The position numbers and the translations under genes are program-made. The notes beneath the pieces are model-generated. The model ran no database searches and was not told the origin of the DNA. It saw only the letters and a program-made list of their open reading frames with translations. Positions 8,743-17,537 of a DNA stretch of 64,000 nucleotides are shown one piece after another. The stretch comes from Nitrospirota bacterium (GTDB lineage: Bacteria > Nitrospirota > Nitrospiria > SBBL01 > JAADHI01), in NCBI GenBank assembly GCA_029261195.1, contig JAJDBU010000048.1, positions 5,814-69,813 on the forward strand, given 5' to 3'. Numbering within the stretch: position 1 is the first letter of the stretch; each line of letters opens with the position of its first letter.

Positions 8743-9492
8743 TTACATTAAAAGAGGAGTGTACATTTCTCCGGCACTGGCCTCCTTGCCTTGTAAATCC
8801 TTGCGATATTCCATAAAAACCACATTGTCCATGACATGCACGAGGTTCGCCGCCAGCAAGGGGAGCACGTTGTCCGGAAGTCCACAAAACAGGTAGACAC
8901 GACGAACACCGTTTTCAGTATGGATTCGCAATAGCAAAGCAACGACATTCTTCACGTAGCCCATCAACTGCTCGTTTGTGTCAAAGGTTTCATCCTTTAG
9001 CCAAATCGGACGGGCTTTCATGTTCATTGCTTTCATATAGTCGAGTACATTCAGCAGATACTTCTCCTGACTTACAAGGATGAGTGCTACAGTATCCAAT
9101 CTCTCTTCTGAAGTAATAGGAGTGATCTGTTTATGGGAAAACTCGCATTGGGCGTCTCCTCCGATGAGTGGGGTACGGCGTTCCTGGGCTTCGTTGTTGA
9201 ATATGGTGCCGTAACGCGCATTGTGACAAAAAAGGCGGGCGGATGTGCTCCGGTTGAACAGACGACAACCGAGGAAAAAGAAAAACGCCAATTGGGCATT
9301 CCCGACAATGTGGATCTCTCTTGGGTCTGGACCCGCCAAATTCCCCATGGCCGTAGACAAGGCGGATTGCATTGTTGAGCAAAGCATCCGCCATTTGTCG
9401 CCATACAGGGTCTCATGATCGCTACGAATACCAAGGCAGGGGCGTTCAAGTTGGACAAATTTTCTGGAATGCCTAGAGGTTCCTCGCTCCGT
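8743..9492 (-). CDS. SAVED/CARF-like sensor module (frame open 9492-8743; first ATG at 9387); apparent C-terminal half of a frameshifted TIR-sensor effector
   Basis: Two Rossmann-like lobes share the pattern hydrophobic strand, Gly/Pro, helix: REIHIVGNAQLAFFFFLGCRL and RRVYLFCGLPDNVLPLLAANLV. This is as expected for a two-lobed SAVED domain. The frame is open upstream of its ATG and overlaps the TIR ORF tail. Confidence 0.5.
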   Translation of the reverse strand, partial: TERGTSRHSRKFVQLERPCLGIRSDHETLYGDKWRMLCSTMQSALSTAMGNLAGPDPREIHIVGNAQLAFFFFLGCRLFNRSTSARLFCHNARYGTIFNNEAQERRTPLIGGDAQCEFSHKQITPITSEERLDTVALILVSQEKYLLNVLDYMKAMNMKARPIWLKDETFDTNEQLMGYVKNVVALLLRIHTENGVRRVYLFCGLPDNVLPLLAANLVHVMDNVVFMEYRKDLQGKEASAGEMYTPLLM

Positions 9493-9992
9493 TTACCGGC
9501 AGTGCCCCGCTGATCTATATATATAATGATCGTTCGCTGACTTGGAATTTCTAATGTCGTGTAGACCCGGCGTGCCAGTTCATCGGCAATATGTACCGCA
9601 TCGGAAGACTCAATCCCAAGTCGGGTAACCCGCGTACCGCGGTGATCTAGCCATCTACTACGCAAAAGAGTGTGGGATTTGACCAGTTTATAACGGTCGC
9701 CGAGGTATATCGGGACGATGATTTCTTTACCCCATTTTTTTTCCTTTTCCAGGGCAATCTCAAGCTCATCCTGAACCCATGGAGACTTTATTGCCTGTTC
9801 TGAAAGAAATACGGTGAAGGTTGTTTGACGTGCGATGGCCTCTTCCAATACTTTGTCCATGGCCGCACCCGCCACAAAGTCGTTCTTGTCCAACCACGCA
9901 ATAATCCCTCGCCGCCCCAATTCATGTGCTACGGTTTCAACAAGGGCTTTGTTAGCAGAGTTGTGGGACAAAAAAGTCGAGGCGTATTTCAT
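9087..9992 (-). CDS. TIR-domain protein (only the first ~185 aa look like genuine protein; the rest is an out-of-frame tail)
   Basis: The N-terminus FLSHNSANKALVETVAHELGRRGIIAWLDKNDFVAG...FTVFLSEQAIKSPWVQDELEIAL matches the TIR layout, including the conserved Glu after W. The ATG overlaps the cmr6 stop (ATGA at 9989-9992). The tail from about aa 190 is Cys/Pro/Trp-rich nonsense. Confidence 0.75.
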   Translation of the reverse strand: MKYASTFLSHNSANKALVETVAHELGRRGIIAWLDKNDFVAGAAMDKVLEEAIARQTTFTVFLSEQAIKSPWVQDELEIALEKEKKWGKEIIVPIYLGDRYKLVKSHTLLRSRWLDHRGTRVTRLGIESSDAVHIADELARRVYTTLEIPSQRTIIIYIDQRGTAGKRSEEPLGIPENLSNLNAPALVFVAIMRPCMATNGGCFAQQCNPPCLRPWGIWRVQTQERSTLSGMPNWRFSFSSVVVCSTGAHPPAFFVTMRVTAPYSTTKPRNAVPHSSEETPNASFPINRSLLLLQKRDWIL

Positions 9993-11110
9993 GATTGATC
10001 TATCTCCTTGTGTTTGAAAATGAATTTGTATGCCATTTTTTCATTCTGAATGGATGAATGTTCCCAGCTATGTATGAGTTCGCCATAAACCTTGATCACT
10101 TGCTCCAGATAAACAGGCCACAAATCTCCCTGTTTTTTCTTGGTCTTGGCACGGTTCTTCCCTAGCATTTTCGCAAGTTCCTCTGGATTCAGTTTCTTCA
10201 CTTCATCCGCAACCCATTCATCATCCGACATGGAGGCACGTTCAACTCTTTCAAGAATTTTCCTCCGCTCATTTTTGTCTTCATCTGGCATGTGTCCATA
10301 GCCCACCGCCGTCTTGGCCCCCGCGCCAAGCCATTCAAGCGCGCTTTTCAATGCCTTCATGACCTTCAATAATTCTTCGGCACATTCTTTCCCGTTGCGG
10401 GGCGCCACAGGAAACATAAATTTCGGCTTGTCTGCAACTAAAAAAGGAATAGGAACGGGGCTGTGCCAATCGGCAGGGGTGACTTTCTGGTCCAGGGGGT
10501 TTTCACCCCCCTTTTCGTACCATTCGTCCATGTGTGGTGTCATGATATCGGCCTTGAGTGTCACCGGTTCAAGCGGTAAGGCATCGAAAAAAATAAAGGC
10601 ACCGGCTTTATTGTCGTTGTCACATTTTTTTGGATCTTTGTCTTCGCTGCCGAACCAGCGATGCAGTTTGTGATTGTCTCTCCTTTCTTTCCACTCCCCT
10701 TCCAACCAGGCACGAAGTAAACCCTTGACCGCTGCACCTGGAATGTAAGGAACACCCAATGTCGGGTGCCAGAGGAAGCCGTTTTCAACCGGGTGGGGAT
10801 TGCCCAGGCCGGTGGCGAAATGCCATGAGCCGGTAGCAATATGAATATCACCTTTCCGAAAATGGCAGAGCATTGCGAGCCGATCCGTGGCCTTCTGCAA
10901 GGCCTCCTTTTCTCCGACATCTTTTTCAACAGTGCTAATCCATGCTCGTTTTCCGTCAGTGGTACCCCTGTGTTTGTCTTCGACATAGACCTGCCATTGC
11001 TCGTCATACTGATTGAAGAAGCGGTCGTACCACAGGCCATGATGCCTATTGTCAAACACGGGAGGGGCTTCCCGCATTTCCTTATAGAGCGGCGGATTTG
11101 GCGGGTTCAT
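9989..11110 (-). CDS. cmr6: Type III-B RAMP protein Cmr6 with ~99-aa C-terminal extension (track ORF extends to 11143)
   Basis: GLGNPHPVENGFLWHPTLGVPYIPGAAVKGLLRAW and the G-rich loop GAGAKTAVGYGHM. The likely start is MNPPNPP at 11110. Confidence 0.85.
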   Translation of the reverse strand: MNPPNPPLYKEMREAPPVFDNRHHGLWYDRFFNQYDEQWQVYVEDKHRGTTDGKRAWISTVEKDVGEKEALQKATDRLAMLCHFRKGDIHIATGSWHFATGLGNPHPVENGFLWHPTLGVPYIPGAAVKGLLRAWLEGEWKERRDNHKLHRWFGSEDKDPKKCDNDNKAGAFIFFDALPLEPVTLKADIMTPHMDEWYEKGGENPLDQKVTPADWHSPVPIPFLVADKPKFMFPVAPRNGKECAEELLKVMKALKSALEWLGAGAKTAVGYGHMPDEDKNERRKILERVERASMSDDEWVADEVKKLNPEELAKMLGKNRAKTKKKQGDLWPVYLEQVIKVYGELIHSWEHSSIQNEKMAYKFIFKHKEIDQS

Positions 11111-11504
11111 TTTTCTTCTCCTCCTCAATAAAGGCCTTTGCAAACTTTTTTATCCAGTCGAGTAGCAGAAGTGCTTCGGCTTGTGCCTGACGGTAGTGGT
11201 GCATATCTTTGGTGGTAATCCCTATCATGAGATTATCCAGTCCGGCATAGGGCTGTCCCGGTTTCTTCATCCAGTCGGAAAGCAATTCGTAAAGCGCATT
11301 ATAAGCAGGGTTCCCTTTTTCGCCCGATCCCTTGCTCAAATAATACGCCGCCGCTTGTCCCAACCCATTCATCCGAATCATGGCCGGGAAATTTTGTGCA
11401 TAGCTTTTATATTCTTTTTGATTAAGATCTTTACTGTCTTTTTCCTTTACTTCCTCTACTTTATCCAGTGCATATTTAGCGCGCTTCTGCTGCATCGTCT
11501 GCAT
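11082..11504 (-). CDS. cmr5: Type III-B small subunit Cmr5
   Basis: 140 aa. The FPAMIRMNGLGQAAAYYLSKG motif is typical of Cmr5, and the gene sits between cmr4 and cmr6. Confidence 0.75.
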   Translation of the reverse strand: MQTMQQKRAKYALDKVEEVKEKDSKDLNQKEYKSYAQNFPAMIRMNGLGQAAAYYLSKGSGEKGNPAYNALYELLSDWMKKPGQPYAGLDNLMIGITTKDMHHYRQAQAEALLLLDWIKKFAKAFIEEEKKNEPAKSAAL

Positions 11505-11506
11505 GG

Positions 11507-12430
11507 CTATGCTCCTTTCGCCTCAACAATTTCAACAGCGCACCAGCCCATACCCACGGTTTCGTTACCGCCCAGTTGCAGATAGGGTTTATTGTCTCCC
11601 GTGAACAAGTCTAGTACGCATTTCCTTATACCCTTAGCGTCAAGGGCTTTATCCTGCTCGTCCTTTTTCGCCTTGCGCGAATTATTCGCAAGCAAGGGCA
11701 CATAAAGCAGGGTTTCGGGCGGGAGCGTTTCTTCGTACCACAACGCGCCATCTTGGGTCGTTTTGGTATCCGAATTCAACGCAATGTGCGCATTAACCGG
11801 GACGGCCGCCTGAGTCAGGTGGGTAAACATCGTGTCGGAAACAATGACCAATCGTTTTTTTAATTCGTCCTCGGCCTCGGTTCTCTCCATCAATTTGGCG
11901 AGATCCGTGGCGCACTTTTCGAGCTCACCTTTTTTCTCAATAAGCGTAAATCGATACTCCTCCAGAAAAAGATAACCTGTTCCCTCTGAGACGATGGCTT
12001 CGTCATCTTTTAAATCGGGTTTCGGTGGGTCAAAGCTGAAGTCATTTCCCAAGTCCATGCGTTTTGCATCCCGTTTTAATCTTTCCAATGCCCCGCTGCA
12101 AGTCACCCATTTGAAGGTGCCGGTCAAGGAACGCACCGGCAAAAGCAGCAGCCTGGCATCTCCGGCGGCGATGGCTCCGGCATTGGCGTCGGCGTTCTTT
12201 GTCTCCGGACCAAATGTAACCAAAACCTCGTCACGATCCTGATCTTTGCCATACACCTCCTCCGCTTTATCCCGCAAAGCACCTTTGACGGCGGAGCCGA
12301 ACACACAGGGCCAGCCATTGTGACCTTCGCGCTGAATGGGTAGGTCTACTCCGCTGACGGAACTACCCGCTCCGGCATGTAGACTGCTTTCTGTCAACAG
12401 GCCCAACAGGGCCGTTGCTTGGTTTTTCAT
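11507..12430 (-). CDS. cmr4: Type III-B backbone RAMP/target RNase Cmr4
   Basis: LTESSLHAGAGSSVSGVDLPIQREGHNGWPCVFGSAVKGALR, with the catalytic Asp context VDLPIQRE present. C-terminal G-rich GGNETVGMGW. Confidence 0.9.
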   Translation of the reverse strand: MKNQATALLGLLTESSLHAGAGSSVSGVDLPIQREGHNGWPCVFGSAVKGALRDKAEEVYGKDQDRDEVLVTFGPETKNADANAGAIAAGDARLLLLPVRSLTGTFKWVTCSGALERLKRDAKRMDLGNDFSFDPPKPDLKDDEAIVSEGTGYLFLEEYRFTLIEKKGELEKCATDLAKLMERTEAEDELKKRLVIVSDTMFTHLTQAAVPVNAHIALNSDTKTTQDGALWYEETLPPETLLYVPLLANNSRKAKKDEQDKALDAKGIRKCVLDLFTGDNKPYLQLGGNETVGMGWCAVEIVEAKGA

Positions 12431-13620
12431 ACTTTTCCTCCTAAATAGTCAGTGGGGAATTCGTTTGAGTTCCACAATCCACAAGCGATGACACCACGTC
12501 CGAACTTCCGATCTTCTCCGATGTATTTACCCTGCAAAACATCAATGGCCTTAGCGATGTTACCGTCATCTACCGCACAGTAATAGCTACTACCGGACGG
12601 AATTAAACTTTGCACATCGCGCGGTTTGCGTTTGAGCATGTTCCATCCTCCCTCGCGCTGCGCTTTTCCGAGCACGGCGGCATGTAAGGTAAGAGCAATA
12701 CCCTCAATGACCCCCTGCCAAACATGCACGCCCTTAAGCTCCTTTAACTTGAAGCCTTCTGGTAGCCAATTGCCCTCTTCGTTCTTAAATCGTGCCGGGC
12801 TCAGCAGGATCAGAATCAATCCCTGTGTTGCTGTTTTGTTTACTTCCGGTTTTGCGGGTGGTTTCGGAAGGCCTAGAGAAGAAATTGCCGCAATGCGTCC
12901 TTCGCCTCCTAAGCGTACGATGCGGTTCTCGATTTCCACTCCATTCAGACCGGAAATATCGACCTCGATAGCCAGACCGGATTTCGGGCGAATATGGCAG
13001 GTTTGATAGAGCAAACTGTTTTCTACTGTGCGTGTGCTGTTGTCTCGTGCAATGCCTAAGCGTGGTTCCCTGCTGAGCAGAGTTTGCTCCGTGTGTAGTT
13101 CTTTAATACCCGGCAGACTACCCATTAATATTTTTTCAAGTCCACTTCGGGTAAGCCATGCACCTTTGATTGACCTGTAGCCTTTCGCTCTTTCAGGTAT
13201 TTCAGGCAAATAAACCCTTCCAATATGCGTTTCCATGGCAGTACCGATACGCAGTCGGGCTAAAAGGTTCTGGCCTTTTTCTTCTCGGTGCATTAGAAAA
13301 AGAGGTAAGGGATAAAGGCGTTCACCATTTAGTGACAAGCAAAGTCCATCAAGGCTGAGATTGCCTAAATTATCGGCATAGCCAATCATTTCACGCAGCT
13401 TTCGTCCATCAGGCAGTGCATAGTCTACATTGTCTCGAAATTGATTCCAGTCCGCACCCAGTGCATCGCCGATGGCCGTGCGTAAAGCCCCCAGTACGGT
13501 ACGTGGCGACGGAGGGAAAACGCTGATCAGTTCTGTACCCCCTATGGTGTCGAAGGGGCGTGACTCACGGAAGAACAAAGTATCAAGCGGTGTCAGACAT
13601 AATCTTTTGATTGTGCTCAT
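12427..13620 (-). CDS. cmr3: Type III-B Cmr3 (start MSTIKRL at 13620; track ORF extends to 13734)
   Basis: The LCLTPLDTLFFRESRPFD motif. The ATG overlaps the cas10 stop (ATGA at 13617-13620). Confidence 0.85.
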   Translation of the reverse strand: MSTIKRLCLTPLDTLFFRESRPFDTIGGTELISVFPPSPRTVLGALRTAIGDALGADWNQFRDNVDYALPDGRKLREMIGYADNLGNLSLDGLCLSLNGERLYPLPLFLMHREEKGQNLLARLRIGTAMETHIGRVYLPEIPERAKGYRSIKGAWLTRSGLEKILMGSLPGIKELHTEQTLLSREPRLGIARDNSTRTVENSLLYQTCHIRPKSGLAIEVDISGLNGVEIENRIVRLGGEGRIAAISSLGLPKPPAKPEVNKTATQGLILILLSPARFKNEEGNWLPEGFKLKELKGVHVWQGVIEGIALTLHAAVLGKAQREGGWNMLKRKPRDVQSLIPSGSSYYCAVDDGNIAKAIDVLQGKYIGEDRKFGRGVIACGLWNSNEFPTDYLGGKV

Positions 13621-15494
13621 CGTTCCACCCCTTTCTTTGCCAAAAAACGTACTAGCAGCGCACCATCCGCTTCGAGATGTTTTGATTCCCATGCATCTAT
13701 TGTTTTTGTTTTGTCTCGTACACGGGGACGGCATTGTTCAAGAAGCTGCTTCACAATCACCCTTGCCTCTTCCATTGACTTCACCATTGCCATGAGCGAG
13801 ATGGCTTGCTCATCTTTAAGAACGGGTTCCAACAATTCCTTCTCCTTGTCTTTGCCGGGATTAAGCAGATCAAAGCGTTCTCTGATTCGGTAGAAAAATT
13901 TGCTGGAGAAATGTCCTTGTTTCCCTTCGGATTGATCATTTTTCTGAAAGTCTGCTGCCAGTCTCTCTACAACGACGTTGCAATCTTCAAGGGCAATCTG
14001 CCAGGGCTGAGCCCACTCCACTGTCATGCCACCCGGCTTCCAGACACGGCAGGCAAGCGCATCACGCCCCCGCCCCTCCTTCGCCACCTTGTCGAGCAAA
14101 TCGTGTGCATCCAGTAAAACCTTGCCCAGCGGCATCTTGGCGTGGGCATATTCAATGGCGGCAGAAATAGAAGTGATAATGGCTGAGGTGGCAAAACAGC
14201 CCATGTAATGTCTGCGTAAAGCCGCAGCACAATTCAGTGCATCTTCCAGGGGCAGCAACACCAGCACGTCATCTCCGCCAGCGTAGATCAGAAAGCCGTT
14301 GTGCTTATTCACAATGCTAGGAATCTCCTTGGTAAACTCCGCCAACCCGGTAGCGATCGCCTGCTGTTTATCGGGCACACGCATTTGAAGCCCCAACTCG
14401 TCACCATCCATTAGCAGTACGGTATAGAACGGAGAAGGCGGATCAAGCTTGGCTTCACCGCGAACTTTCTTAAGTTTGCTCAGAACCTCTGTTGCCTGCT
14501 TCTCTTGTTTGTCCCAAAGATTCTTATTCTCCAGCATGGCATCGAAGAAGACCGTACCATCCAGCGCTTTCCATTGTTTGTGACCGTCCGCATCCTGGAC
14601 ACAACGGATGTTGGATTTCCACTCACCATAGTTTCCGGTCAGCTTATGAGCAGCGTTGTGGAAGTCCCACAATCCCGTAGACACCTCTTCGTTTTCGTTT
14701 GCCTTTTCAATCAATTGCGCTAACCAGGGTGCAACAGCCATGTAATGCACCGAGGGGACGCCACTAGGTAGTTCCCAGCCATTGACCATCCAATTCCCCG
14801 GCATTTTTTCGCTGACGTCTTTGAAGCAGCGCGAGAAGCGCCGCTTTACGAAGGCGATTGCACAGAGTTTTTCACCGGGGCGCAGGTCTGTTTTTATGCC
14901 ATCTTGACCTAACTCACGTACATTGTCCCAAAAACTATTTCCTTTCTTACCGGGACGCTCGGTTCCTGAAAGTTCCTGCCAACCGTCCATCATCATGCAC
15001 TTCACACCCGGTTCGTCCGGTGGCAGGTGGCTGCGCATATTTTTCAAGCGGTCCAGGGTATTGGTCGCATCTTTATTTTTCACTATCGCCCACTCAATAT
15101 CCCAAAATGCGGAAATCTGTCGATTCCAAATTATTTTGGTTTTATTATTCTCAAGCCTGTGAAGGTCATGCTCCCAAACCTTTTCGCTTAATACCGTCCA
15201 TGCCATTTTCACGGCATCCACAACTTCTGTGGCTTCAAATTTATCATCGACTTCAGCCATAAACCGGTTTGGGATGCTGCCTTGTTTCGGACCTTTGCCG
15301 CCTTTTCGAATGGCCTCCATGAATTTTGCATCCGGTTTCGGAAAAACAACATTTCCGCCCTGTTGTTGAACTGCCCTCATGGCAACTGCTGAAAGCCACG
15401 ACAAGATAAACGAACCCGCCCAAAAATCCCGCGTCCGCCGCGCCTGCGAAACAAAGCCCTGAACAGGGCCTATGGTGAAGTGGAAGTATTTCAT
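13617..15494 (-). CDS. cas10: Cas10/Cmr2, short form without N-terminal HD domain; cyclase GGDD motif intact
   Basis: 625 aa. It starts directly with MKYFHFTIGPVQGFVSQARRTRDFWAGSFILSWL. Palm motifs are VLLMDGDELG and FLIYAGGDDVLVLLP. No H..HD..D segment precedes them. Confidence 0.9.
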   Translation of the reverse strand: MKYFHFTIGPVQGFVSQARRTRDFWAGSFILSWLSAVAMRAVQQQGGNVVFPKPDAKFMEAIRKGGKGPKQGSIPNRFMAEVDDKFEATEVVDAVKMAWTVLSEKVWEHDLHRLENNKTKIIWNRQISAFWDIEWAIVKNKDATNTLDRLKNMRSHLPPDEPGVKCMMMDGWQELSGTERPGKKGNSFWDNVRELGQDGIKTDLRPGEKLCAIAFVKRRFSRCFKDVSEKMPGNWMVNGWELPSGVPSVHYMAVAPWLAQLIEKANENEEVSTGLWDFHNAAHKLTGNYGEWKSNIRCVQDADGHKQWKALDGTVFFDAMLENKNLWDKQEKQATEVLSKLKKVRGEAKLDPPSPFYTVLLMDGDELGLQMRVPDKQQAIATGLAEFTKEIPSIVNKHNGFLIYAGGDDVLVLLPLEDALNCAAALRRHYMGCFATSAIITSISAAIEYAHAKMPLGKVLLDAHDLLDKVAKEGRGRDALACRVWKPGGMTVEWAQPWQIALEDCNVVVERLAADFQKNDQSEGKQGHFSSKFFYRIRERFDLLNPGKDKEKELLEPVLKDEQAISLMAMVKSMEEARVIVKQLLEQCRPRVRDKTKTIDAWESKHLEADGALLVRFLAKKGVER

Positions 15495-16801
15495 GGCAAC
15501 ACCTCCTTCCTATCGGGGAAGCGATCTTTCTTGGTTTCAGGAATTCCAATCTTGCCATCGAGAAAATTGGTGATGACCTTCCATGCATTAATATTCAGGT
15601 CAACATGGTTGCCGCCGGCATTGATCTTCTCCCCGTTTGGCAGGAAGGGTGATTTCAGGAAGACGCTGACACCGATATAGTTCTTATCACTTAAGCGGTG
15701 AACGTGAAAGAACAACGGGCTGGCACGGCGTTCATGCGTTGCTGCATTCACTTTGTTTTCATTGCTGTCGTAGTTGTGAGGGAGTCCAAACACAATTCGT
15801 TCGGGATGAAAATTCGGGTATTTTGACCGGAATGGTGGCACCTTTCTGAACCAGTGATGGTCATCTTTGAATCTCATTTCGGATTTCTTGCCACTGGGAA
15901 GAATATTACTTCTTCTTGGGTTTGTTTTCGTCTTTCCCCAACTGCGGTAGTCCAGCATTCTCAGTCCAAACTCGTCCAACACCTTGTAAGGCGAACTTTC
16001 CGAGAGCAGGTAATCTACGCGACTCTCTTTCGAGAAGGCCGAGTATTCTGGTTGAGGCACGTCAGAAAGATTGAGAAGTAACTGCTTAACCTCACTTTGG
16101 TATTTTTCTTGGGTAGTGGGGGCAGTCCATGTTTCTTTTTCCTCTTTTTTATCACAAACCATTTTTTCCAAGGCGATACTACCCATACCATGACGGGAAC
16201 GGCTGCCTAAACCACCCAACAGTCCAAACATTTTGAGTGCAGCTAGAACAGATTCGTCAACTTGCTTGCGAAAAGCCAGAGTAACAGTGAAGATTTGATT
16301 TTCATTCAGACAACCGCGCTCCAGCTGACCAGCCTTCCTCTTTATTTCTCCAGTATTTCTATTTACACTTGTGAACGCCGTTATCAAACCGTAACCAAGA
16401 TAACGGGCAGCGGCCAGATGATTTTCATCCGGCATTCTATTCCCATGTTGGTTTGTCTTTTGTCTGGTCGGCTTGAAGCTCGTGTGGACAGTATCTTCCT
16501 CTGTTTTTTTGGGCTCATTATGCCTAACGGTCATCAAAAATGTCCCTTGCCCACCAAGCGGTTTGCCTTTTTTTGTTTTCGCCGAAAGACCAAACAGCCG
16601 CCCCTCTTCCTTGTGAAGTGCCTTCAGCGCATTAGTCTCATCTTGTTCTTGTTTATAAAACCGCCCCCAGTTCAAGGCCCGCCACCAAAACCGCAAGGCC
16701 CCTTTCACCGAAGGAGGCCGTATCCCATCGTCTGGTGTTTGATCCGCACCGCCAATGAACATCGGCGTCACAATTCGAAATGTCGCTTCCAGCTTTTCCA
16801 T
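15491..16801 (-). CDS. cmr1: Type III-B RAMP protein Cmr1
   Basis: FRIVTPMFIGGADQTPDDGIRPPSVKGALRFWWRAL, plus GGLGSRSRHGMGS as the G-rich loop. Its stop overlaps the cas10 start. Confidence 0.85.
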   Translation of the reverse strand: MEKLEATFRIVTPMFIGGADQTPDDGIRPPSVKGALRFWWRALNWGRFYKQEQDETNALKALHKEEGRLFGLSAKTKKGKPLGGQGTFLMTVRHNEPKKTEEDTVHTSFKPTRQKTNQHGNRMPDENHLAAARYLGYGLITAFTSVNRNTGEIKRKAGQLERGCLNENQIFTVTLAFRKQVDESVLAALKMFGLLGGLGSRSRHGMGSIALEKMVCDKKEEKETWTAPTTQEKYQSEVKQLLLNLSDVPQPEYSAFSKESRVDYLLSESSPYKVLDEFGLRMLDYRSWGKTKTNPRRSNILPSGKKSEMRFKDDHHWFRKVPPFRSKYPNFHPERIVFGLPHNYDSNENKVNAATHERRASPLFFHVHRLSDKNYIGVSVFLKSPFLPNGEKINAGGNHVDLNINAWKVITNFLDGKIGIPETKKDRFPDRKEVLP

Positions 16802-16883
16802 CCTTTCCTCCCTTCTTGATGCATATATACGATTTAAGCTATATTATATATACTCAATTAAAACAGGATCAGGAGACCCCCTC

Positions 16884-17123
16884 ATGAAAACCCTCATTGA
16901 TATCAACGAAACACTCCTTGAAAAAGCGATGGCCCTCTCCCAGACCAAAACGAAGAAGGAAACAGTCCATCGGGCCTTGGAGGCCTTCGTCAAACTCCGG
17001 CAACGGGAGCGCTTAAAGGAGATGGCCGGAAGCGGGGCAATCGAATGGCGTCTTGACGACCTGAAGGCTGCAAGGCACCGAAGAGAAAAAACGCAGACCC
17101 GACTCATGAAAGACGGGCAATGA
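16884..17123 (+). CDS. vapB: VapB-family antitoxin (DUF2191-like)
   Basis: 79 aa, MKTLIDINETLLEKAMALSQTKTKKETVHRALEAFV. AGGAG lies 8 nt upstream. The stop overlaps the vapC ATG (ATGA at 17120-17123). Confidence 0.65.
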   Translation: MKTLIDINETLLEKAMALSQTKTKKETVHRALEAFVKLRQRERLKEMAGSGAIEWRLDDLKAARHRREKTQTRLMKDGQ

Positions 17124-17527
17124 ATCAAAGGCAGGTTTTTGTGGATACCAGCGCATGGATCTGTTTCTTCGCTCGAAAAGGCTTTGCGGAGATCAAGCAG
17201 GCCATTGGCACGCTCCTCGACGAAAACCGGGTGGCGGTCGCGGGGCCGGTTGTCATTGAGTTGCTTCAAGGATGCCGAAATGTGCAGAAAAAAACGACTA
17301 TCGAAGGCTGTCTTCAGGGGCTTCAATGGCTTCCGATCAAGGATCATCACTGGTCTTATGCTGCGCAACTGGCCTTCGACCTTCGCAGAAAAGGAATTAC
17401 AGTTTCCGCGATGGATGTGCTTATCGCAAGTGTCACCATCGACACCGATTGCCTCCTCCTTCACCGGGATCGTGACTATGACTTCATCAGCGAGCACTTC
17501 CCCGAACTGAAGCATTACAAGTTTTAG
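17120..17527 (+). CDS. vapC: PIN-domain toxin VapC
   Basis: 135 aa. VFVDTSAWICFF (the first PIN acidic residue), followed by the later D/E positions and HRDRDYDF at the C-terminus. Confidence 0.8.
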   Translation: MNQRQVFVDTSAWICFFARKGFAEIKQAIGTLLDENRVAVAGPVVIELLQGCRNVQKKTTIEGCLQGLQWLPIKDHHWSYAAQLAFDLRRKGITVSAMDVLIASVTIDTDCLLLHRDRDYDFISEHFPELKHYKF

Positions 17528-17537
17528 CAATCCGCGC

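Noticed and set aside
9400-9460. Programmed -1 ribosomal frameshift joining the TIR and SAVED-like frames
   Set aside because: No X XXY YYZ slippery heptamer or obvious downstream pseudoknot is visible at the junction. A homopolymer indel, whether a real mutation or a sequencing error, is the simpler explanation.
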